DNA of 64,000 bases. It comes from Bacteroidales bacterium. Lineage in GTDB: Bacteria > Bacteroidota > Bacteroidia > Bacteroidales > WCHB1-69. The notes beneath the pieces were generated by a model. It made no database searches. It was not told the DNA's origin and was given only the letters and a program-made list of their open reading frames with translations. The translations under genes and the position numbers were made by a program. The stretch is taken from assembly GCA_045132055.1 (NCBI GenBank), contig JBGURP010000055.1, positions 104,372 through 168,371 of the forward strand, read 5' to 3'. Numbering within the stretch: the first letter of the stretch is position 1; each line of letters begins with the position of its first letter. This document shows positions 47,896 to 55,540 of this stretch, one piece after another.

Positions 47896-49476
47896 TCAGT
47901 TCACCACCATCTTGAGCGTTTTGCGCTCAGTGCCGGAGGCTATGTCGATCAGGTAGTTCCCGGCGGTCTGCACTTTGCCTGCGAAACGGTAACTGCTCTG
48001 CCCCTTGCCGTCCATTTTCAACAGCACCTTGCCATCTGCATCATACACAGTGACAAACACATCCTGTGCTTCGGGGTATATTATCCCCACAGTGAAGTTC
48101 CCGTGGTTAGGGTTGGGGTGCAGTTTGTAATGGGCGATTTGCAATGGTGAACTTTCAATTTGTGATTTGGAATGGGTAATGTACAATGATTCCTTATTGC
48201 AACCATTTGTTTGGCAGAGTGCTCCATCTCTTTCTGATTTTCTGTTTTCCATACCCCATTCTCCATTGGACTCCCCGTTTGCCGCCAGCGCCTTCGGCGT
48301 GTTGGTGTCCGGCATCGCCACGGCGAAGCAGAAGAAGTCACGGCCGTTGAGGTCGGTATCCCAGTATATGCCGTCGTACAGGCAGCGCCCTGCGGTGTCC
48401 GTGCCCGAACACTGTACCTGTTCCATTTCCCCTGCGGGGAATTCGCCCGTGCCGCTGCGGTCGATCAACAGGACAGGCGCGACGCTGTCCCGCACTGCCG
48501 CCGTGTCCAGCAGGATGAACGTGCCGTAGATGCTTGCGTCGCCCGTCACCTGCGCCATGCTGCGCCCGACAACCTCGTAGGTTTTCCCGTCCTGCGTGTA
48601 TATTGTGGAGACGGTGCGCAGACTATCCCTGCACCCGAATAGGATGAAATCCCCGTCAGAGATGGCTGCAGCATTGTCCTCGTTTGTGTTCGCGAGCTGG
48701 CCCATGCCGAAAACCGTCTGGCCGTCTGCAAAGTATGTCTGCTTCTGGCACAGCCCCGTGGAGTCGTCCCGGCCCACTCCTGCGATGGAAATGCAGTAAT
48801 CGGGATAGTCGGTGAAGTTCCAGATGACGTTCCTGCGGCTGTCGAGATAGTCGGTCTGCAAAAGGGTCACGCCGTATTTCACGGCCAGGTAGCTGATCCA
48901 CTGGATGACGGCGGTGTCGCCGATGCGGCTGCCGAAGTACATCGCTTCGGCGATGCGCCCGTCCAGCAGCAGGGAATCCGCCGCGCAGAGGGTCAGCACG
49001 GGGGCGCACACCTCGGGTGTCCGCCACGACTGCGAGAGGTAGTTGACAACGGGCTTCAGGCGGTTGGCGGTGTCGTAGGTGATCTGGCCGTTGTCGTTCA
49101 GGATGCGCTGCGTGGTCTGCCCGATGCGTTTGGCCGAGTCAACCTGCACCTGCCACAGCGCGTTCTCGCCGAGGGTGTCGTATGTCTCATACACCACAAT
49201 CACGTCCGCATGCCGCGAGTCGTTGATGCCCAGCGGCAGAGTGAAGGTCTCCGCGCCGCCGACCGCGAAGCATCTGTTGAAGTTCATGCGGGAGAAAGCG
49301 GCGGGCATTGCGCCCGATGACGGCACGGCGTCGAACCCGTTGCCGGAGACATCGTGCCACGACGATGTGCCGAGTGCCGCGCTGTCGGCGCGCAGCCACG
49401 CCACGGGGTGGACGATCTGCGCCTTGAGCTGGCAGGAAAGGGCGATTGCGGCAAAAAGGATCAGGGCTTTCTTCAT
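47896..49476 (-). CDS. T9SS C-terminal-domain (Por tail) secreted protein with a LamG-like N-terminal region
   Basis: Signal peptide, a WHDVSGNGFDA motif of LamG-type jelly rolls, and a C-terminal LHPNPNHGNFTV...KMVVN typical of T9SS sorting domains. It ends 52 nt upstream of rhs. Confidence 0.75.
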   Translation of the reverse strand: MKKALILFAAIALSCQLKAQIVHPVAWLRADSAALGTSSWHDVSGNGFDAVPSSGAMPAAFSRMNFNRCFAVGGAETFTLPLGINDSRHADVIVVYETYDTLGENALWQVQVDSAKRIGQTTQRILNDNGQITYDTANRLKPVVNYLSQSWRTPEVCAPVLTLCAADSLLLDGRIAEAMYFGSRIGDTAVIQWISYLAVKYGVTLLQTDYLDSRRNVIWNFTDYPDYCISIAGVGRDDSTGLCQKQTYFADGQTVFGMGQLANTNEDNAAAISDGDFILFGCRDSLRTVSTIYTQDGKTYEVVGRSMAQVTGDASIYGTFILLDTAAVRDSVAPVLLIDRSGTGEFPAGEMEQVQCSGTDTAGRCLYDGIYWDTDLNGRDFFCFAVAMPDTNTPKALAANGESNGEWGMENRKSERDGALCQTNGCNKESLYITHSKSQIESSPLQIAHYKLHPNPNHGNFTVGIIYPEAQDVFVTVYDADGKVLLKMDGKGQSSYRFAGKVQTAGNYLIDIASGTERKTLKMVVN

Positions 49477-49502
49477 GGCGGAATATATTTCTTGGATGAT
49501 TG

Positions 49503-49510
49503 CAAAGATA
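49503..49510 (-). promoter_or_regulatory. -7 promoter box (TATCTTTG on the minus strand) for the T9SS-protein/rhs operon
   Basis: The reverse complement of caaagata matches TAnnTTTG, 26 nt upstream of the ATG at 49476. Confidence 0.5.
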
Positions 49511-49540
49511 GCATTTTTTTAATCCGGTTGCATTTTTTTG

Positions 49541-50665
49541 TCAGAAACGGATTTTGTTCGCCGCCAGTATCTTTCTGGCATCCGTCACGTGCGTGTAGCG
49601 GTCAGTCATGGAGATTGAGTGGTGCCCGGCAAGGTCCTTGACGTACTTCGGGGGCATTCCCGATTCGAGCATCTCGGTGATGCCCGTGTCCTTGAGGGAG
49701 TAGAAATGGAACGTGGAGGGCAGGGAGAGGTGTTTCAGCATCCTGTGCCAGGCCTCGAACAGGTTTCGGGTGGTGTAGGACTTCGGGCCGGGTTTGAAAT
49801 GCCGGGAGAATATGAAAGTATGGGGAGAGAGCGTCTCCGCCCGCAGTTTCCTGAAGTGTCCGAGCACATCGTCGGACAGGGCTATCACACGTTCCTCATG
49901 GTTCTTCGACACGTTTGGCGGTATCCTGAGCATCCCCTCGTCAAAGTCTATGTCCCGCAGTTGGAGCATGAGTATCTCCTTGGGCCGCACCAGATGCTTG
50001 AAGCAGAGTTGCATAATGGCTATGTATTCCGTCATGCCTCTTTTCGTGAAGTAGTCGAGGATTTTTTTGCGCTCATGTTTTGGGATGGTTGTCCTATGTT
50101 TTTTTTCTTTCCTCTTGCCTTTGAACGGTTCGAAGGGGTTGGATGGCAGAAGACCGTCGCTGACAAAGGACCGGAACATGCTCTTCAGGAACTGGAGCAT
50201 GTTGTTGTAGGCGTACGCGCTTCTTCCGCCTTTGCCGTACTCCTCCAGCAGTTCGGCGGCCTGCTTGCCCGTGAAGTAGGCACAAAGCCAGTCGGACAGG
50301 CCTTTCTTCTCGCACCATGTGAGAAAGAACGCAAGCTTCGACTTGTAGCCCCGTGTCGAGTCCTTCCGGAGGGTTTCCTGTTTTTTGCGGTAGAAGTCTT
50401 CGGCGGCCTGCTCCACGGTTTGCGGTCTTCTGTTCGACTCCTCTTCCCCCGTCAGAGGGTTCCAGCCCGCGTAGAGCCGTCTGTTGGTCTCCGCGCACAG
50501 CAGGCGCGCATAGCGCAAGCGCTCGCGGCGGTCACGGATGCGGTTGCAGCGGATCCTTCTGCGCTTGAGCCTTCCGCTGACAGGGTCGAGTACGTGGTAG
50601 CTGACATAGACCTCCTTGTTGGAGGACACTTGTGCCGGGATGAAGTCGATGAATGGTGTTGTCAT
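49541..50665 (-). CDS. Tyrosine-type site-specific recombinase/integrase
   Basis: 374 aa. The C-terminal catalytic region has LRPKEIL (Arg), HFYSLKDTG and LAGHHSISMTDRYTHV (His/Arg/Tyr box). Confidence 0.9.
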   Translation of the reverse strand: MTTPFIDFIPAQVSSNKEVYVSYHVLDPVSGRLKRRRIRCNRIRDRRERLRYARLLCAETNRRLYAGWNPLTGEEESNRRPQTVEQAAEDFYRKKQETLRKDSTRGYKSKLAFFLTWCEKKGLSDWLCAYFTGKQAAELLEEYGKGGRSAYAYNNMLQFLKSMFRSFVSDGLLPSNPFEPFKGKRKEKKHRTTIPKHERKKILDYFTKRGMTEYIAIMQLCFKHLVRPKEILMLQLRDIDFDEGMLRIPPNVSKNHEERVIALSDDVLGHFRKLRAETLSPHTFIFSRHFKPGPKSYTTRNLFEAWHRMLKHLSLPSTFHFYSLKDTGITEMLESGMPPKYVKDLAGHHSISMTDRYTHVTDARKILAANKIRF

Positions 50666-50919
50666 GATGGTGAATTGAAAAGGTTAGGAATGCTGCCTTG
50701 CAAGCATCTTGCTTGCTGGAATAAATATGGTTATAATCGTATTTTGGTTTAAAACACATTATGGATAAATCCTTCGCGAAACCCTCCGGTGCATTGCCGT
50801 GGTGCAGAACTGGCGCAGCGGCACAGGTTCGCAAGCGGTTGTGGATGCGGCGTTCAGAAAATACATGGTGCAACATCGCGGCGCAAATATGGCCATTTTT
50901 TTCTTTTGCGAAAAAATCT

Positions 50920-50927
50920 TATTTTTG
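50920..50927 (+). promoter_or_regulatory. -7 promoter box (TATTTTTG) upstream of orphan cassette 4
   Basis: TAnnTTTG match 19 nt upstream of the ATG at 50947. Confidence 0.5.
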
Positions 50928-50946
50928 CCACGATAAGTTGTTGCGT

Positions 50947-51762
50947 ATGAATCAGCCTGTTACATATAGTAAAACATTTCTGCCCGACACGCTTGCGGAG
51001 ATTTTCACCTTCTCCGCAAAAGAGAAGGACGCAGAAACCGGCTATTCTTACTTTGGCTCAAGGTATTACAGCAGCGATCTGAGTATCTGGCTCAGCGTCG
51101 ATCCGCAGGCTTCGAAATATCCTTCTTTGAGTCCGTACGTGTATTGCGCGAATAACCCGATAAAGTTGATGGATCCGAATGGGGAAGATTATGAAACCAT
51201 TATAAATAAAGATAATAAAACCATAACCATTAAAGCAATATATTATGCAAAAGATTCCGATAAGAAAAACCTCCAAAAAGGACTTGATGCTTGGAATAGC
51301 CAATCCGGCAAATACACTTTCACTATAGAAAATGGTGAAAATGCAGGAACTTATACCATAAACTTTGAACTAACCATGGCAGAGAGTGACGGGACAAGTA
51401 GCCCTATCGATGGCATTTCGAATTCTTTCGAGATGGTTTCAGATAACATTGGTGGGCGAGGTCTAACTAACGACGGCCGTACTATTAAAGTAAACAATAA
51501 CGCTCCGGACAGGACGATTATTCACGAAATAGGTCATACATTAGGAAATGGAGAATTTAATCGCGGAGTAATGCTACAAGGAGGGAATAGTGACAAAATC
51601 TTAAAGGAAAACATATCAACTACGCTTAATCAAGCAGGCTTTCATAGTCTGGGTAATTTCTGTGGCTCTCAAATCACAGATCCACCATCACAATCATGCA
51701 ACACTTTTTGTAATCAAACCACTAATGAACCCATATATGGGATAATTAACAGAAAAAGATGA
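50947..51762 (+). CDS. Orphan Rhs C-terminal toxin cassette 4 (HExxH metallopeptidase-like tip)
   Basis: MNQPVTYSKTFLPDTLAEI leader, then FTFSAKEKDAETGYSYFGSRYYSSDLSIWLSVDPQASKYP...NPIKLMDPNGED, then a variable domain with IIHEIGHTLG. The upstream part of the track ORF is GC-rich non-coding-like sequence. Confidence 0.8.
   Translation: MNQPVTYSKTFLPDTLAEIFTFSAKEKDAETGYSYFGSRYYSSDLSIWLSVDPQASKYPSLSPYVYCANNPIKLMDPNGEDYETIINKDNKTITIKAIYYAKDSDKKNLQKGLDAWNSQSGKYTFTIENGENAGTYTINFELTMAESDGTSSPIDGISNSFEMVSDNIGGRGLTNDGRTIKVNNNAPDRTIIHEIGHTLGNGEFNRGVMLQGGNSDKILKENISTTLNQAGFHSLGNFCGSQITDPPSQSCNTFCNQTTNEPIYGIINRKR
51004..51186 (+). repeat. Rhs core-end homology box, copy 5 of 7 (inverted relative to the main gene)
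   Basis: Starts with the exact 26-mer TTCACCTTCTCCGCAAAAGAGAAGGA. Confidence 0.9.
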
Positions 51763-52454
51763 GGACTCTTGTTTCAGTTTGCCAAATTGTATTTTTTTCC
51801 TTCTTGTTATATTCTTGCACAACAACAGCACATTATCAGAAATATAACAAAGCAATTGAAGAATTGACAAAACAGTATGCAAATAATATAGACACTGCGT
51901 CCTCAGTCATTCAAGTAACTGGAGTGGTCAAAGTCGATTCTTTCTTCATCCATTATAATAGAAATATTGATCCTGACAAACTATGGAAATACAATATTTT
52001 CAAAACAAAATCTGATGTGCTTTACTTCAGTACAACCCCATGCGATGTCATTGATTGCGGAGCCCACCAAAAACTCTTTAAAGAATGTATTTTTGATTCA
52101 ACATCTTTTGTCATTATTTCCTCTAGTGACTTTTTAAGAAAACATATTATTCCATTCGTTAAAGACACCATGCTGAAAGAGAATTTAAGAGTTATTGTTG
52201 ACAATGATGACATACTACCTATAGGTGTCGTAAATTATAAAAGAATTTTTTTTAAGCACAATAAATATGCTTGTGATGTGGCCTTCTATAAAACAAATTG
52301 TTTTTTGCGCGTACAAATGCCTGTATGGTTTTTCAATTTGACATACTCTAAACATAGTTGCCCACCCATATTTTATTTTTTAGGAGAAGAAGAATACTAT
52401 GACCTATATTTGAATGTGATTGTGCCCTTACCAGCGGATATTCAAGACATCTAA
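51759..52454 (+). CDS. Putative immunity lipoprotein for cassette 4
   Basis: The ATGA overlap with the toxin stop suggests translational coupling. Lipobox FLLYSC. Confidence 0.5.
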   Translation: MRTLVSVCQIVFFSFLLYSCTTTAHYQKYNKAIEELTKQYANNIDTASSVIQVTGVVKVDSFFIHYNRNIDPDKLWKYNIFKTKSDVLYFSTTPCDVIDCGAHQKLFKECIFDSTSFVIISSSDFLRKHIIPFVKDTMLKENLRVIVDNDDILPIGVVNYKRIFFKHNKYACDVAFYKTNCFLRVQMPVWFFNLTYSKHSCPPIFYFLGEEEYYDLYLNVIVPLPADIQDI

Positions 52455-52509
52455 AAATACAATTTTGTATCTTCCACATATTGCTAATTAACCTTAATTA
52501 ATTATTTTG

Positions 52510-52517
52510 TAACTTTG
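52510..52517 (+). promoter_or_regulatory. Cassette promoter box (TAACTTTG), 4 nt upstream of the orphan 5 ATG
   Basis: The TTTTGTAACTTTGCAGC-ATG context is shared with 36790-36797 (minus strand) and 55529-55536. Confidence 0.55.
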
Positions 52518-52521
52518 CAGC

Positions 52522-53388
52522 ATGAATAATGGTAGATTTGTAGCATATTATTCAGCAACAGTCTGCGATGGGAATCCATATTGCAAAAGCAAGAGTATGT
52601 CTTTGGATATAGCAGGAACTTTCACCTTCTCCGCAAAAGAGAAAGATGCCGAAACCGGCTTTTCTTACTTTGGCTCAAGATATTACAGCTCCGACCTATC
52701 CATCTGGCTGAGCGTCGATCCGATGAGTGACAAATATCCCTCACTGAGTCCGTATGCTTACTGTGCGAATAACCCAATAAAGTTGGTGGATCCGAATGGG
52801 GAAGAGATTGGAGATTTTTATGATCAATGGGGAAGAAAAATCGGTTCAGATGGACGTGCTGATGATAATGTTTTCATTGTAAGTGATCAAGCTTCTCAAA
52901 ACAAGATAAAAGAGAATAGGCGAAATCACGTAAATACCAATTCAGCCGATGTAAAAGTTGACGTGACTACCACGTATAATGTCTTAAGTGAGGCTTCAGA
53001 TGTTTATGAAAGAACTGTAAAAAACGGAGGATATAACGAAGAAGCATCAGCATTACCTACAGATGGAGGATCCGCTGATTGGGAAAGAAAATCTGGAGTT
53101 AATGAACATAGTGTTGAAGTCCCAATACCCCAAGGAGATGTCCTTATTCATTCTCACCCGTTAAAAAAAAGGAATCCATGTGATTACACATCCCCGAAAG
53201 TGATAAGTGATAAAGATAAATCACATTTTGAAAAATTTAAATTAAATATTGTAGTCGGAAATGACGGAGGTAACTGTAGCGGTGGAGTATGGTCTGGCCG
53301 CAAACCAACAGCATCTTTTTATGACTCGAGCAGCAAAAATCTCATAAATTTACTTTTCGATGTGGTGAAGAAAATAGTCAACCGATAA
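52522..53388 (+). CDS. Orphan Rhs C-terminal toxin cassette 5 (JAB/MPN-like tip)
   Basis: 33-aa leader, then FTFSAKEKDAETGFSYFGSRYYSSDLSIWLSVDPMSDKYPSLSPYAYCANNPIKLVDPNGEE, then a variable domain with IHSHP...SDKD. Confidence 0.8.
   Translation: MNNGRFVAYYSATVCDGNPYCKSKSMSLDIAGTFTFSAKEKDAETGFSYFGSRYYSSDLSIWLSVDPMSDKYPSLSPYAYCANNPIKLVDPNGEEIGDFYDQWGRKIGSDGRADDNVFIVSDQASQNKIKENRRNHVNTNSADVKVDVTTTYNVLSEASDVYERTVKNGGYNEEASALPTDGGSADWERKSGVNEHSVEVPIPQGDVLIHSHPLKKRNPCDYTSPKVISDKDKSHFEKFKLNIVVGNDGGNCSGGVWSGRKPTASFYDSSSKNLINLLFDVVKKIVNR
52621..52806 (+). repeat. Rhs core-end homology box, copy 6 of 7 (inverted relative to the main gene)
   Basis: Positions 52699-52742 are the perfect reverse complement of 39427-39470 (44 bp). 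Confidence 0.92.
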
Positions 53389-53399
53389 TTAGTACCATT

Positions 53400-53990
53400 A
53401 TGTTGAACAGTAATAAGATCTTTCAAAAAATATTTGTATTATTGTTTTTATTTTGGCCATTTACAATTATTTGCCAAAATAACAATCCAAATGATCCGTT
53501 AGACACGTACAGTGCTCCTTCATTCGCCTATTTAACCGTAATAGATGGGAAAATTCCATATTCTGTTCTTTCAAAACTATCGTTTAAGCACAATAAGCTA
53601 AACGACACTATAATATATAATTGCTATTATATCAATAACAGACATTATTCAGAAAATCTGATGATGCTGGATTCCATACCCGATTCAGTCACAGTTTCGA
53701 TAGATGTTTTTTTTGAAGAACCAATAGGATATAATAAAGCTAAAATGCATCATTATCATGATGAAATGCCTCTTGGTAGACTTAAACTTGTACAGATATT
53801 ATCAATCACCAATTTCCGTCACAAACAATACTATATGCATTATGTTTTTGATCCACCATTAAGAACATATCCTTTGTATGAAAGACGCTTTGGCAATAAG
53901 AATAAATTTTATTCGAGAGTGTTCTCATGTTTTTATCCGTATTCATATAACAAATGGTCAAAAGGAGGAAGAACAAAACCGTCATATTAA
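53400..53990 (+). CDS. Putative immunity protein for cassette 5 (secreted)
   Basis: Starts 11 nt after the toxin stop and has a signal peptide (FVLLFLFWPFTIICQ). Confidence 0.5.
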   Translation: MLNSNKIFQKIFVLLFLFWPFTIICQNNNPNDPLDTYSAPSFAYLTVIDGKIPYSVLSKLSFKHNKLNDTIIYNCYYINNRHYSENLMMLDSIPDSVTVSIDVFFEEPIGYNKAKMHHYHDEMPLGRLKLVQILSITNFRHKQYYMHYVFDPPLRTYPLYERRFGNKNKFYSRVFSCFYPYSYNKWSKGGRTKPSY

Positions 53991-54068
53991 GGTGAAAGTT
54001 TAATACTGATAAATCGTGGTCATCAACTCGACTCATTAAATTCTGTATCATTACTTTATTTAATCCTT

Positions 54069-54899
54069 ATGACTGCTGTCGCCATGTATAATCACATGAT
54101 TCTTGCCAATAGTTTCACCTTCTCCGCAAAAGAGAAGGATACCGAGACGGGGTATTCCTACTTTGGTGCGCGGTATTACTCTTCTGATTTATCTATTTGG
54201 CTGAGTGTGGATCCGATGAGTGACAAATATCCGTCACTTTCGCCTTATACTTACTGTGCGAACAACCCGATAAAACTTACTGATCCTGACGGAAGATGGA
54301 TTCCAGGACTGGATGACGAAGGGAATGTGACATACACGGCAGAGAAAGGTGACAGTTATGACACTTTCATCAAACAGTTCGACTGTAGAGATGCTGATGG
54401 AAATAATCGGGGCAGAGATATTTTTTCGAATGCTGGTTTAAAAAAAGATGGAAGTGAAATAAAAGAAGGTTCCGTAATAAAAGGAGATGCTGTTAAACAA
54501 GTGACAGGCAATGATGTGTTGAAAGGAAATTGGAATAACATGACGGATGACCAAAAAGCTTCTCAAATAAAATTCGCTCTTGATTATGGAGAAAAACACA
54601 AGACTACGATTGGAAATTCCTATGCGATAGATCTGAATGAATTCATAAATGATTTTGGCTCATCTTATAGCGGTATAAGTTTGAACAATGTGCAAATCCC
54701 CGACAAAAATACAGGAACAGCGATTGTCAACATGAGGCTTTGGCCAAAGGAAGGATTGACAGATAGTCGAGGTCGAATACCCATACGCTGGAGGTCACAA
54801 TCTGGAGGAGAAAATTATAATACCAAGTATTATTATAGTGCTAAAAATCCAAATGCGCGGAATCCTTTGCCGGCAATTGGAATTACTCGTTGTAAATAA
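54069..54899 (+). CDS. Orphan Rhs C-terminal toxin cassette 6 (tip with a LysM-like segment)
   Basis: FTFSAKEKDTETGYSYFGARYYSSDLSIWLSVDPMSDKYPSLSPYTYCANNPIKLTDPDG, then a variable domain beginning with YTAEKGDSYDTFIKQF...LKKDGSEIKEGSVI (LysM-like pattern). Confidence 0.75.
   Translation: MTAVAMYNHMILANSFTFSAKEKDTETGYSYFGARYYSSDLSIWLSVDPMSDKYPSLSPYTYCANNPIKLTDPDGRWIPGLDDEGNVTYTAEKGDSYDTFIKQFDCRDADGNNRGRDIFSNAGLKKDGSEIKEGSVIKGDAVKQVTGNDVLKGNWNNMTDDQKASQIKFALDYGEKHKTTIGNSYAIDLNEFINDFGSSYSGISLNNVQIPDKNTGTAIVNMRLWPKEGLTDSRGRIPIRWRSQSGGENYNTKYYYSAKNPNARNPLPAIGITRCK
54114..54292 (+). repeat. Rhs core-end homology box, copy 7 of 7 (inverted relative to the main gene)
   Basis: Starts with the exact 26-mer TTCACCTTCTCCGCAAAAGAGAAGGA. 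Confidence 0.9.
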
Positions 54900-54907
54900 A
54901 TCCCATT

Positions 54908-55507
54908 ATGAAATTCACCATATTATTACTATTCATATCTTTATCAGTTTTTGTATCTGCTCAACAAACAAAAATTGACACGATTAACATATCAATCGTA
55001 AAATCTAATTATCCGTTAATAGCAAAAACGGAAGATTTACATTTTATTCCAGATGTTCGACATTGGCATAGTTGTTTTAATGTGAAAGGTCAACTTTACC
55101 CTTCGCACAGTTCAGATTCTTTTTACGTCTTCTATGCAAATCAAATATCTGCAGACAAATATAAATTATCCTATCTTGAAACGGGCTCTGATGCGCGATT
55201 GGAATACATCTGGTTGAAAAAGAATAAAAAATTCTGGATGGATTATCGCGGATTAATTTTACGAAATAATACATCTTTAAGTGATGTCAATATTTTTTTT
55301 AAATATGACGAGAGTGAAGCAGAATACGGCATAGGCCCTTTAATCATAGGAAATAGATGCAAAAATATCCCACAGTACATTCTCTCTTTCAGTACAGGCG
55401 AACCAAATAACACTAAAATCACTTTGATTTTTGACAGGAAAAAACGCCTTAAAATCATACATATGGACTACTATCATCCATCTAATTTAATATTAAGACG
55501 CCAATGA
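54908..55507 (+). CDS. Putative immunity protein for cassette 6 (secreted)
   Basis: Starts 8 nt after the toxin stop and has a signal peptide (MKFTILLLFISLSVFVSAQQ). Confidence 0.5.
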   Translation: MKFTILLLFISLSVFVSAQQTKIDTINISIVKSNYPLIAKTEDLHFIPDVRHWHSCFNVKGQLYPSHSSDSFYVFYANQISADKYKLSYLETGSDARLEYIWLKKNKKFWMDYRGLILRNNTSLSDVNIFFKYDESEAEYGIGPLIIGNRCKNIPQYILSFSTGEPNNTKITLIFDRKKRLKIIHMDYYHPSNLILRRQ

Positions 55508-55528
55508 TTGTATCAAATGGATTTTTTG

Positions 55529-55536
55529 TAACTTTG
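55529..55536 (+). promoter_or_regulatory. Cassette promoter box (TAACTTTG), 4 nt upstream of the truncated leader ORF
   Basis: TTTTTTGTAACTTTGCCAC-ATG, the same architecture as at 52510 and 36790. Confidence 0.5.
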
Positions 55537-55540
55537 CCAC

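Noticed and set aside
50700-50716. The palindrome GCAAGCA-TCT-TGCTTGC upstream of the recombinase start, considered as a possible recombination site
   Set aside because: The arms are only 7 bp and I found no second copy in the window. It is more likely an operator or chance.
49619-50752. A 377-aa plus-strand ORF covering the recombinase gene
   Set aside because: It is a shadow ORF antisense to a recombinase with clear catalytic motifs. It is Arg/Gly/Val-rich and has no recognisable domain.
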